Shown here: positions 1 to 9,184 of the stretch, one piece after another
Layout: each line of letters starts with the position of its first letter
Numbering within the stretch: position 1 is the stretch's first letter
DNA from: Ignavibacteria bacterium
GTDB taxonomy: Bacteria > Bacteroidota > Ignavibacteria > Kapaibacteriales > UBA961
DNA: 64,000 nt
Direction of reading: 5' to 3'
Assembly: GCA_016873735.1 (NCBI GenBank)
Contig: VGWD01000003.1
Location: 36,207 to 100,206, forward strand
Program-made: the position numbers and the translations under genes
Notes under the pieces: generated by a model
Database searches by the model: none
What the model saw: only the letters and a program-made list of their open reading frames with translations
What the model was told of the DNA's origin: nothing

Positions 1-603
1 CAAATTGTTTGCCATTTGGTAGCACCTAATGCCAAACTAGCTGCTCGTAATTCCTGAGGAACAGTACGGAGTGCTTCCTCCACAGATACGATTACAACCG
101 GTAGTGTAAGAACCGACAAGGTCGCGGCAGACCATAATAATGAAGGTTTGCTCCATATATCACTACCGGAAGCAGTATCAATGCCTTTTCCAATGAATTG
201 CATGAAAAATCCAACACCAAACAATCCAAACACAATCGAAGGAACTCCGGCCAAGGTATTGACGCCGAATCGAACCGATCGAGCAAACAAAGAAGACTGT
301 TTTGCATATTCACTGAGATAGACTGCTGTGGCAGTGCCAATCGGTACACCTAGTAATGACATCATGAATACTAAAATGACAGTCCCATATATGGCTGGAA
401 AAATGCCACCTTCCGTATTGTTGTTTCTTGGGGATTGGGTAAGGAACTCCCAAGTCAAACCAGGCAAGCCATGCCAAACAAAATGTGCAAGCAATAGTAT
501 GATCAGACCAACAAGTACAAAAGCAGAAAATGCCGGCAATCCCAGGGCGAGATATTCTTTTTTGGATCTCTTGATTGGTTTTCGTGTAATGAGTTCAGGA
601 TTC
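1..603 (-). CDS. pstA: phosphate ABC transporter permease PstA (3' partial; runs off the window start)
   Basis: The minus-strand frame is open from ATG (complement of 601-603) to position 1. Its translation contains the PstA motif ...SPRNNNTEGGIFPAIYGT... and the ABC permease EAA-like segment EEALRTVPQELRAASLALGATKWQT. It lies directly downstream of pstC. The ORF-track entries 92..349(-) and 328..630(+) are alternative frames over this gene. Confidence 0.8.
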
Positions 604-604
604 A

Positions 605-1756
605 TCAAGCACCTTGGAATTTTTTGGTGAGATATTTTTTCACAAAGAGCTCGGTAACGGCATTGATGGAGAAACTTACGATGAAGAGGAGAATACCAAG
701 GAAAAACAGAATATTGTAATGGAGTGAACCCCATTGCACTTCTCCTGTTTCAGATCCGATTGTTGCGGCAAGAGTTCGAACCGGATGAAAGATATTCCAT
801 GATAAAAGCGCAGCATTTCCTGTTGCCATCAATGCAATCATAGTTTCTCCGAAAGCCCTTCCAATACCAAGCAGAACGGCAGCCACAACACCGGGCAATG
901 CAGCAGGAAGCATCACTTTAAAGGCAGTCTCCCATTCTGTTGCTCCAAGGGCCAATGAGGCCTCTCTGTAACTTTTTGGTACTGCTGATAATGCATCCTC
1001 TGTTATTGTGAATATGATGGGAATAACAGCCAATCCAAGACCTATTCCACCAACAACACCTGAATAATGAAATTCGCTTATGGTACATGCTTCGTGGAGG
1101 TATTCTTTTGCAAAAGGAAGCAAGAAACCAAGCCCAGCTGCAAAAGCATCCAAACCCGATTGAATATAGGTGGTTATGAGATTTACACCGCGTACTATAG
1201 TTACCAAACAGAAAAATCCCAAAACAACTGATGGAAACCCGGCTAGAATTTCAACAGTTGGTTTTATCCACTCCCTGAACTTACGCTTGGCAAAAAATGC
1301 AGTGTAGATAGCAGCAAAAATACCAAGTGGGGTTGCTAACAACAATGCCACAAATGTCACTTTCAATGTTCCTGCCAGCAATGGCATGATGCCGTATTTA
1401 GGTTCCTTACCAACAGGTTGCCAAACTGTTCCAGCAATATTTTCCCAGATAGATTGTTTTTTTGTTTCTTTCTTTTTCTTGGATTCGGGTTCTTTTATCT
1501 TTTCGATTTCACCTGTTTCAGGATTGTAAACTTCGGGTTTCAAGATATCAGACTCTTTGACCTTCTTTTCAACTTTTGGTTTTAATTCTTTGGCAGTTCC
1601 AAAAATCAAACCACCAGCTTCTCTGAAAACAAAAATGAATATCAGAAAGATAACGATGATTGAAAAACTAGCTGTGATGCGTATTCCCCATTCGGCAAGC
1701 AACTCAATGATGATTTGCTTTTTAGATCGTTTTTTTTTTGATAAGAATTCAGGCAT
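605..1756 (-). CDS. pstC: phosphate ABC transporter permease PstC (with an unusually long K/E-rich first periplasmic loop)
   Basis: Multi-TM protein with the EAA-type motif EASLALGATEWETAFKVMLPAALPGVV. It is the first permease after pstS, matching the pstS-pstC-pstA order. The start/stop junction with pstA is immediate. Confidence 0.8.
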   Translation of the reverse strand: MPEFLSKKKRSKKQIIIELLAEWGIRITASFSIIVIFLIFIFVFREAGGLIFGTAKELKPKVEKKVKESDILKPEVYNPETGEIEKIKEPESKKKKETKKQSIWENIAGTVWQPVGKEPKYGIMPLLAGTLKVTFVALLLATPLGIFAAIYTAFFAKRKFREWIKPTVEILAGFPSVVLGFFCLVTIVRGVNLITTYIQSGLDAFAAGLGFLLPFAKEYLHEACTISEFHYSGVVGGIGLGLAVIPIIFTITEDALSAVPKSYREASLALGATEWETAFKVMLPAALPGVVAAVLLGIGRAFGETMIALMATGNAALLSWNIFHPVRTLAATIGSETGEVQWGSLHYNILFFLGILLFIVSFSINAVTELFVKKYLTKKFQGA

Positions 1757-1764
1757 GATGATAA

Positions 1765-2637
1765 TCAGAATTTCATTAATGGAAAATATCCAACATCGTT
1801 AACTACTTTCTGACCGCCTTTATCTATAACCCAATCTATGAATTCTTTCATTTGACCTTGGGGCTTGTCTTTGATGTAAAAGAATAAAAAACGAGAAATG
1901 GGGTATTTTCCTGAAAGGATATTTTCTTCTTTTGGAAAGTAATATGTTTTGTTTTCATCAAGCGCAACAGGTACTTCCTTTACTCCCACGGTATAAGCTG
2001 CTCCACCATATCCAATTCCCCATCTATCCATTGCAACTGCCCCAACTACTGCTGATGTCCCCGGCATATGTTGAGCAGTTGATGCAAAATCCTTTTTAGA
2101 AAGTACATGTTCTTTGAAAAACTCATATGTACCTGAATTGTTTTCTCGCGAGTATAGAATTATGTTGTGATCAGCACCACCTAATTGCTTCCAATTCTTG
2201 ATTTTGCCGGAGAAAATTTCCTTTAATTGCTTCAGGGTTATTTTCGAAATGGGATTGTCTTTATGCACATATATGCTGATACCATCTCTTGCTACTCTTA
2301 TCTCGACGGGTACGCGACCAAATTTTTCTTTCATTTGCGCAATTTCTGCCGGCTTCATTGGACGACTCGAGGAGCAAATGTCGGTAGTTCCATTAATCAA
2401 TGCAGCAATGCCAGTCCCGGATCCACCTCCAGTAACTTGAAATGAAACATTTTTAGTTGGGTACAATTCAGTCCAACGTTGAACCAAAATCACCATTGTA
2501 TCCGAACCTTTGATGGTCAAGGTAGATTGCTGGACAGCTGCTCCCATCAAAAAAAACATGCTGAAGATTGCTATCGAGGGGAAAAATCGCATAATGTTCA
2601 TTGAAGAAAAAAAAGTCATCAAATTTACTGTATTCAA
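1765..2637 (-). CDS. pstS: phosphate-binding periplasmic protein PstS
   Basis: Signal peptide, then motifs typical of the PstS family (GGGSGTGIAALINGTTDI, SSRPMK, NNSGTYEFF). The start may be one of several in-frame Met between 2592 and 2637. Confidence 0.85.
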   Translation of the reverse strand: MNTVNLMTFFSSMNIMRFFPSIAIFSMFFLMGAAVQQSTLTIKGSDTMVILVQRWTELYPTKNVSFQVTGGGSGTGIAALINGTTDICSSSRPMKPAEIAQMKEKFGRVPVEIRVARDGISIYVHKDNPISKITLKQLKEIFSGKIKNWKQLGGADHNIILYSRENNSGTYEFFKEHVLSKKDFASTAQHMPGTSAVVGAVAMDRWGIGYGGAAYTVGVKEVPVALDENKTYYFPKEENILSGKYPISRFLFFYIKDKPQGQMKEFIDWVIDKGGQKVVNDVGYFPLMKF

Positions 2638-2671
2638 ATGTGTATGAGGAGAGATCCAATGTTATGATTTC

Positions 2672-5600
2672 TTAATATAGACTTAAGTTATTGAAAATAT
2701 ATGGCTTTGTGTTTCCGTTTTTAGGAAATGTTAATACATATATGCCTTCTTGAAGATTATCCAATGAAAGTGAAGAACATGGAGAATCATTCAACATTCC
2801 CTGCTGAACCGTTCTTCCTGAAATATCTATGATGGAATAAGCCAAAGAATTACCTGCATGTACAATGATTAAGGAATTCCCCACTTGGTTCACGAGCGGT
2901 CTTTCATGTTCTTTGATTGATGCTACATTCCCTATGGTAAACGTGCGTATACCGGATGGTTCTGAATCACCGGCGGAATTTATTCCATAGACTCTCCAAT
3001 AATATCGTTTGCCGGTTCTTAATGCTGTTGAACCGGTGAATACTCCTGCAGGTATCATGGAACGTGAGAAGGTCAATGATGAAAATGTTGGAAACTCAGA
3101 TACTTCTATGCGAGAAAATACTGTTCCAATTGCAGTTTGCCATTGATATCGAATGAGAGTTGATTGTGAATTTGTGTCTTGCGAAGGATGGATGAGTATA
3201 GGTGAAGACACTTTTGAAGGAAGTGTATGAACTGAACCTGTAAACACACCTGCACCATGCGTGGCAATTGCCATATATCCATCAGAGATGCGATAATCCA
3301 ACATGGTGACAACAGCATTTCCTATTGAGTTCTGTCCTTCCTGTTGCCAACATGTAGCCATTCCTTGTAATGAGCCGGTTGAAAACAATCCAATACTGGT
3401 CCCAACATATACTTTAAAGCCCTGTTCAATGGGTACAATTTCTGCCCATCTGCATGATGGTCCTGCGCCTGAACCGGCTTGATTATCTTCAAGATTTCCA
3501 GCGATTGGAGTCCATTGCTCACCGCCATTCGAAGAATGAAACAATGAAATCACATTATAATTACTGAATACAGCAATGATTGACCTGGCATCTCTTGGAT
3601 CTATTGCAATACATTGAATGGTGCCATTTGAAAAACCAGATCCTGTGATATTCTTTGGAGTTGGATTACCTTGATGTGCTTGTTCAATCACAAAGAGATT
3701 ACCTTTATTCGTTCCATAATAAACCATATGTGCAGGGTTTCGTGATGCGGAAACGGCAGTTATAAGCTCTCCATCGGGTAAACGAGTTGCGGAAAGACTA
3801 TCCCAATTCACATTTGTTGAATCCCATCTATTCATGGGTATTGTAGAAAGATCATTGTTCCTCCATAATATGCTGCCTCCAGCAAGGTACATAATCTGTT
3901 CATTTTCCGGGTCTAGAATGAATGGATTGATGAACAGATAGTCTTTTCCTCCGATCGGATCTATCCGTCCCCGTTCAAGAATTGTTCCTGATTCATCGAG
4001 CTTCATGGCTACAACTCTGCCAAGTTGTGCCGACATAAAATATCGTGAGGCATTCTTTGCAATTGCACAAAATGCTCCATCATAAGTCAATGGCATTGTC
4101 CAAGGATTCAATGGATCCTTTCCTTGAGTGAAATAAGTCCCATTGTCCTGCAGTCCTCCAATGATCGTCTTCTTATGCTGTTCACCATGATCTATGGCGA
4201 TTGTATAAAATTGTGAAGTGATATATGAAGTATTGCAATCACTCCACACTGTTTTTCCTTCTAAGCAATTGTCTGTTATTTGTATTCCGCCATCATTGAA
4301 GGATATTGCTTTCAATGGATTTGACGGAAGAAACAATAGACCATGTTGATCAGGATGTTGTGAAGGATAAGTATCAAAATATGGCGTCATTGTACCGGGT
4401 TTATATCCGCCTATCCACTCAGTATTGACAGAGTCTACAAATCCTGATCTTGAACGATACAGATTTGTGCCACCTACAAAAATGGTATTGGTGTCCAAGG
4501 GGTGAACCTCGATCACAAGATCATAACCTGACTGCGTAATAAGATCACCAAAATGTCCGCCAAGTGTTGGGAGATTTACTGATCTATTTTCCCATGATCC
4601 GCCTGCGGAAGATCCATCTCCGGAAACATACTGATATTTCCAAAGGCTATTCCACTCTATGTCTCCTCTGAAATTTCTTGATTGTTTACCGCTGTTTGGA
4701 GTGTAACCGAAGAAATAGACTTGTCGTTCATCTTTGGGATTGACTCCAATTGCGATTTTGTAATATTGTTCTGGAAATCCAGTGGGTGTGATATTTGTCC
4801 ATTTTACTCCATCAATCGAACGCCAAATCCCTTTTACTTTGGAGATTGCTCCTCCCCCACCTATTTGACTCATTGTTGCATATACTATGCCTGTTGGAGT
4901 TATGGTAATGTCGGAAAACAATGATGATTGATTTCCAAGACTGCCCAAGACCGTTCGAAATGATTTGCCTCCATCGGTTGATCGTAGAATACCTCCTAAG
5001 GCAGTTGCAACATACAGTTCATCTTGTTGAAGATTGGAATAATCTTGTGCAATCTTGTTTACAAATTCAAATGATCCATCCCATGTTTGTGGTGTTTTGG
5101 ATTGTGTTGCAGAAAGCAAATTCCAGGATTCTCCATTATCTGAACTATGATAGATTCCATCACCGTTCAAATCCGATGAATTGCCATAAAATTCTCCGGT
5201 ACCTGCATACCAAGTGTTTTCTTTGCCCGGTCTCTTATCTTGAATGATGCAGGTAATACTCTGTAATTGATCATTCCTTAGTGTTTTCCTCCAGGACTTC
5301 CCTTGATCTGTAGATTTAAAAATACCGCTTGATACTCCTGCAGCTATGATGGTGTTTTCATCACGTATGTCCAAGTGTAATGCTCTTGTTCTTCCCCCCA
5401 CATTATTTGGTCCGGCAAATGTCCATTGATCATCATTTGCGACTTTGAAGTCATTAGTCACTTCAGAAGTATGAAATCGTTGCGCAAATGCCAATTCATC
5501 GGCTCTACTATGATGTGGGATTATGCCTGTTTTTGGATCGGCGAGCAACATATTCATATATAATTCTCTTGGACCAATATCCATTCCTTTCATAGGTGCA

Positions 5601-5677
5601 TTATTTGATTGCTTAGTGGAGCAGGAAAACAGCAATCCACAAAGACATATCATGAGAAATAGTACTGATTTGTTCAT
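2672..5677 (-). CDS. secreted BNR/Asp-box repeat protein (sortilin/GH74-like) with FN3-like region and T9SS C-terminal sorting domain
   Basis: Several S-x-D-x-G-x-S/T-W Asp-box repeats (STDQGKSW, SSDNGESW, STDGGKSF, SSNGGEQW). The C-terminal ~80 aa resembles a Por-secretion tail (IIDISGRTV...GIYVLTF). The start is taken at MNKSVLFLMICLCGLLFSC (lipoprotein-like signal). Its ATG overlaps the upstream stop as ATGA at 5674-5677. The ORF-track start at 5740 is a longer upstream extension. Confidence 0.75.
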   Translation of the reverse strand: MNKSVLFLMICLCGLLFSCSTKQSNNAPMKGMDIGPRELYMNMLLADPKTGIIPHHSRADELAFAQRFHTSEVTNDFKVANDDQWTFAGPNNVGGRTRALHLDIRDENTIIAAGVSSGIFKSTDQGKSWRKTLRNDQLQSITCIIQDKRPGKENTWYAGTGEFYGNSSDLNGDGIYHSSDNGESWNLLSATQSKTPQTWDGSFEFVNKIAQDYSNLQQDELYVATALGGILRSTDGGKSFRTVLGSLGNQSSLFSDITITPTGIVYATMSQIGGGGAISKVKGIWRSIDGVKWTNITPTGFPEQYYKIAIGVNPKDERQVYFFGYTPNSGKQSRNFRGDIEWNSLWKYQYVSGDGSSAGGSWENRSVNLPTLGGHFGDLITQSGYDLVIEVHPLDTNTIFVGGTNLYRSRSGFVDSVNTEWIGGYKPGTMTPYFDTYPSQHPDQHGLLFLPSNPLKAISFNDGGIQITDNCLEGKTVWSDCNTSYITSQFYTIAIDHGEQHKKTIIGGLQDNGTYFTQGKDPLNPWTMPLTYDGAFCAIAKNASRYFMSAQLGRVVAMKLDESGTILERGRIDPIGGKDYLFINPFILDPENEQIMYLAGGSILWRNNDLSTIPMNRWDSTNVNWDSLSATRLPDGELITAVSASRNPAHMVYYGTNKGNLFVIEQAHQGNPTPKNITGSGFSNGTIQCIAIDPRDARSIIAVFSNYNVISLFHSSNGGEQWTPIAGNLEDNQAGSGAGPSCRWAEIVPIEQGFKVYVGTSIGLFSTGSLQGMATCWQQEGQNSIGNAVVTMLDYRISDGYMAIATHGAGVFTGSVHTLPSKVSSPILIHPSQDTNSQSTLIRYQWQTAIGTVFSRIEVSEFPTFSSLTFSRSMIPAGVFTGSTALRTGKRYYWRVYGINSAGDSEPSGIRTFTIGNVASIKEHERPLVNQVGNSLIIVHAGNSLAYSIIDISGRTVQQGMLNDSPCSSLSLDNLQEGIYVLTFPKNGNTKPYIFNNLSLY

Positions 5678-6381
5678 CGCATTAACAGTGAATATGATTC
5701 TGCTTCCATCAAGAAATGTTCGCGGATGGAAGAGGAACAAGGTGAGGTATAATCCATTCTTTCAGGATGCCATTGAACACCCATGAAGAAAGGTTTGCCT
5801 ATAGGATCTGCCCATTCAATAGATTCAATGATTCCATCCGAAGAAAGTGAAGATGCTATTAATTCGGAAGGAAGTATCTTGATTGCTTGATGATGAGCAC
5901 TATTGACTATTGATTCATCCAAGCGAGTCAGTTTATGTAATAATGATTTCGCTTCGATTGATATAGAGTGATATGAATCTCGACCATCAACCTTTCCGTG
6001 TGTTATTGCATTTGGTATATCGGTTGGGATATCAACAACAAGACTTCCACCGTGCATAATGGCAAAGAATTGTTCACCCCTACAAATTGCTAGAATTGGT
6101 AAACGGAGTTGTAAAGCAATCTCGAGTAAAGCAGACTCCCGATCATCTCGTTCCGGCTCTATCGCGCATTCCGATATTCTATCTTCTGAACCATACCGTG
6201 ATGGATGAATGTCTGCACCACCCGTAAAAATAATGCCTGAACATGTGGATAATACATGCTCATACTCCTCAACTGCATAATCATTCATTGCAGAACAATC
6301 TACAGGTTGATGACTATTCAGCCAATGTTGATAGAGCATTGAATGTTCTGTTCCGGACCGATGTGATAATGCTATATTCAT
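5674..6381 (-). CDS. class I glutamine amidotransferase-like hydrolase (peptidase C26 / gamma-glutamyl-GABA hydrolase PuuD-like)
   Basis: Catalytic triad context LAICRGEQ (Cys nucleophile), HHQAI and GVQWHPE. The start is taken at MNIALSHR (ATG complement of 6379-6381), forming an ATGA overlap with the lpxK stop. The ORF-track start at 6405 would overlap lpxK by 28 nt. Confidence 0.7.
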   Translation of the reverse strand: MNIALSHRSGTEHSMLYQHWLNSHQPVDCSAMNDYAVEEYEHVLSTCSGIIFTGGADIHPSRYGSEDRISECAIEPERDDRESALLEIALQLRLPILAICRGEQFFAIMHGGSLVVDIPTDIPNAITHGKVDGRDSYHSISIEAKSLLHKLTRLDESIVNSAHHQAIKILPSELIASSLSSDGIIESIEWADPIGKPFFMGVQWHPERMDYTSPCSSSIREHFLMEAESYSLLMR

Positions 6382-7367
6382 TCTTTTACGATATACTGTG
6401 AACAAATTGAAAATAGTAGCTGCTGTACTAGTTGTTTACCTTCTATCAACTCAGCATGAATTGGAATCACCAATAATTGAATAGCGTATTTGTGAAAAAG
6501 CTTTATATAATCACGAAGTTTTACGATATCCTTTTCTGTAATTGCAATTGTTGAGCAACCTTGTTGCTTTGCTTCTTGACACAGAAGTTGAATAGTGCTT
6601 TCTGTATATTCTGCATGATCCTCAAACCATTTTACATGCTGTACATCATATTTATTATCAAGCAATGTTTGCAAAAATCTTTCCGGGTTCGCTATGCCTG
6701 CCACAGCCATTATTGGAGTTATATCAAATAACTCTGTGTATAGCTGTTCATCAAGAACATATGGAGTATCCATGTGTATGCTTACTCTGGCAAATACTGC
6801 CTGATCATTCATGAACATTCTTATTTCTTCTTCCGGCGTATCGTCAGTACAAATGATGATATGTGCTCTTTTAAGTGAAGTTTGTGATTCACGTAATCTT
6901 CCGATTGGCAATAGAACATCTTGTAAATCTTTTCTATTGATAAGCACAATGTCTATATCTCGAAAAATCTTTCTATGCTGAAACCCATCGTCTATCAGAA
7001 TCGGAGTGGAGAATTCAGCAAGGCCTTTGTATTTTGGTTGACAAGACAATACTGTATTGTAGAGTCCACTTTCTGCATGCATATATACTTCATCACCAAC
7101 AGTCGCCGGATTTATGCTTGATATTAGTTGTTTGTTTTGAACGATAGTTACAATGCCCTTCCCCAATCTTTTATAGCCACTTGAAAGCAAAGAGATGGGA
7201 ATTAGTACATCATGAAACATGCGTGCTATCATTAATGTACAGGGAGTTTTGCCGGTTCCTCCAACAGAAATATTACCAATGCTTATCACAGGGAATGGTG
7301 AGCGCATTTGTTTGATGATTCCGACATCATACAGTCGATTTCTTAAGTTGACAAAAAAGGATACCAT
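6378..7367 (-). CDS. lpxK: tetraacyldisaccharide 4'-kinase LpxK
   Basis: P-loop in LpxK context: ISIGNISVGGTGKTP. The start is taken at the ATG at 7367 (MVSFFVNLRN...), forming TAATG with the upstream stop. The ORF-track start at 7397 is a TTG codon. Confidence 0.85.
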   Translation of the reverse strand: MVSFFVNLRNRLYDVGIIKQMRSPFPVISIGNISVGGTGKTPCTLMIARMFHDVLIPISLLSSGYKRLGKGIVTIVQNKQLISSINPATVGDEVYMHAESGLYNTVLSCQPKYKGLAEFSTPILIDDGFQHRKIFRDIDIVLINRKDLQDVLLPIGRLRESQTSLKRAHIIICTDDTPEEEIRMFMNDQAVFARVSIHMDTPYVLDEQLYTELFDITPIMAVAGIANPERFLQTLLDNKYDVQHVKWFEDHAEYTESTIQLLCQEAKQQGCSTIAITEKDIVKLRDYIKLFHKYAIQLLVIPIHAELIEGKQLVQQLLFSICSQYIVKE

Positions 7368-7954
7368 TAGAGTTTTTCCTTTAATGTGTTTTCGCAAACT
7401 GATATAAAGGTTGAAACTTCTTCCTTGTCATTTGGATTGCCGGTAAATCTCAAGACATCATATGAAATCTCAATCTTAGAAAAGGGCAATGGCAATTTGA
7501 ATGCATCCCAACTTTTGCTGAAAGTGAAACAAGAAAGTTCATGTATTCTTGCCAAATATATTGGGACATCTGCTCGAATCGACGCTATGGCGGCGCCAGG
7601 CTTGAATACCTGTCTTGGTCCGCGAGGTCCATCAGGTGTCATCACGATGTGCATACCTGCTTCAAGACTGTCAATAACCTGTTCCAATGCTTCTTTTCCT
7701 GAATTCGAGCTGCTTCCTCTTATAGTATGAATTCCCCAACCATGAAGTATCTTGGACAATATCGCTCCGTCTTTACTCTTCGAAACAAGAGCACTTGGTT
7801 TGAAATATCTGTGCACATGCCAACCGGCAAGCATATGCTCATGCCAAAAGACAATGATGCTCGGTACATGCTTATCAGGTTGAGATCCAATATGCGAATA
7901 ACGCCAGCTGGAAGCAATCAATCGTAATAAGAGGATTCCTACATTAATCATCAT
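7367..7954 (-). CDS. DUF374-family lysophospholipid acyltransferase-like protein (commonly sits between Kdo/lipid A genes)
   Basis: About 195 aa. Wedged between lpxB and lpxK with an ATGA overlap at 7951-7954. Sequence style is that of DUF374 proteins (N-terminal hydrophobic segment; HEHML...MTPDGPRGP). Family assignment comes from pattern memory only. Confidence 0.55.
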   Translation of the reverse strand: MMINVGILLLRLIASSWRYSHIGSQPDKHVPSIIVFWHEHMLAGWHVHRYFKPSALVSKSKDGAILSKILHGWGIHTIRGSSSNSGKEALEQVIDSLEAGMHIVMTPDGPRGPRQVFKPGAAIASIRADVPIYLARIHELSCFTFSKSWDAFKLPLPFSKIEISYDVLRFTGNPNDKEEVSTFISVCENTLKEKL

Positions 7955-9054
7955 CGCTTTTCCCTGCTATTGATGATATCTGTAATTATCTCAGCGGCTC
8001 GCAAGGAGGCACCGGCTCCACCCAATTTTGCGCGTATTTCGGCAAATCCTTCCAATTGAAGTGCTCTTTCAGGTGTATCATTCAATAGATTCTGAAGAGA
8101 ATGCAACATGGAATGAGAAGTCGCATGTGATTGAATCAGTTCAGGAATAAGTGATTGCTCCAAAAGAATATTGGGAAGTGAAATCCATGGCAAGGTGATT
8201 TTCCTCTTTGAAATGGCATAGGATACATAGGAAGTGGAATAATAAGAGATGAATGGCATGCCATATAATGCAGCTTCAAGTGTGCTCGTGCCCATTTTTA
8301 CGCACCCGGCTTGAGAAGTTTGCAAAAGAGTAGAAGCTGCTTGGGTTATGTGAAAACTATGTGCTTTCATGCATATTTCCAGATTCCATAAATGTTCTGG
8401 TATGCAAAAAATCGGAGTGAATTGTTCAGATTTCAATTGTTGTGCAATTGGAATCAATAAAGGCAAATGATGAATCAATTCCTGTTTACGGGATCCAGGC
8501 ATCAAACAAATAGTCTTTTGATCCCTTTGAATGGTTGAAAGCTGCAGATCTATTCGGTCCAATAAAGGATGTCCGACAAAATGAGATTCAATTCCACAAT
8601 CTGAAAAAAAACCATCCTCAAAAGGCAGCACCGTGAGGAGTTTATCATATGATTGTTTAACGGATTCGGCTCGAGTTTTTCCCCATGCCCATAATTGAGG
8701 AGCTATATAACAAATGGACTTTATACCGAGAGATCGTGCATATCTCCCCAATCTCATATTGAATCCGGGATAATCTACAGCTATGAATGCATCATATGCT
8801 CCGTCTTTCAAAGCTAGTTTGCATTGATTGAGAATGCCGCTTAAAGCTGAGTAATGTTTAATGACTTCAAAAAATCCGGATACATTCAGTGTTGAAAAGT
8901 CTGCAATGGAATTAAGGCCTTTGGCATGCATCGAGGGACCACCGATTCCATCAATAATGCAATCGGGCATGAGTTTCCTGATCTGCTCGATCAATAAGGC
9001 ACCATGGGAATCACCGGACATTTCTCCGGCTACTATGAAAATTCTCTTTGTCAT
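7951..9054 (-). CDS. lpxB: lipid-A-disaccharide synthase LpxB
   Basis: N-terminal IFIVAGEMSGDSHGA motif (GExSGD), and length and architecture typical of LpxB. The start is taken at MTKRIFIV (ATG complement of 9052-9054). The longer ORF-track start at 9123 adds 23 codons. Confidence 0.85.
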   Translation of the reverse strand: MTKRIFIVAGEMSGDSHGALLIEQIRKLMPDCIIDGIGGPSMHAKGLNSIADFSTLNVSGFFEVIKHYSALSGILNQCKLALKDGAYDAFIAVDYPGFNMRLGRYARSLGIKSICYIAPQLWAWGKTRAESVKQSYDKLLTVLPFEDGFFSDCGIESHFVGHPLLDRIDLQLSTIQRDQKTICLMPGSRKQELIHHLPLLIPIAQQLKSEQFTPIFCIPEHLWNLEICMKAHSFHITQAASTLLQTSQAGCVKMGTSTLEAALYGMPFISYYSTSYVSYAISKRKITLPWISLPNILLEQSLIPELIQSHATSHSMLHSLQNLLNDTPERALQLEGFAEIRAKLGGAGASLRAAEIITDIINSREKR

Positions 9055-9184
9055 AGTGCAAAAATACATTCTAAGCCCATACATTAAGGTGCGTAAACGC
9101 AGTAAATCTCGTATTTTTGCCATTGGTCAATCTGACCAAATATATAGGACATTCACTCTAAAGAAGCATTTAAGGGTTTTGATC

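Noticed and set aside
92-630. ORF-track entries 92..349(-) and 328..630(+)
   Set aside because: These are alternative frames over a clearly PstA-like minus-strand frame (1..603) that has no stop inside the window. Their translations have no membrane-protein character.
3106-5247. Several 60-110-aa ORFs inside or antisense to the BNR-repeat gene (3106..3318, 3322..3528, 4682..4924, 4921..5247)
   Set aside because: They are fully nested in a 1000-aa gene with strong domain evidence. They have no motifs, and nested frames of this size are expected by chance in AT-rich sequence.
8861-9184. 5' extension of the TPR ORF back to 8861
   Set aside because: It overlaps the lpxB coding region on the opposite strand by more than 250 nt. 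A proper lipoprotein signal peptide begins at the ATG at 9185.
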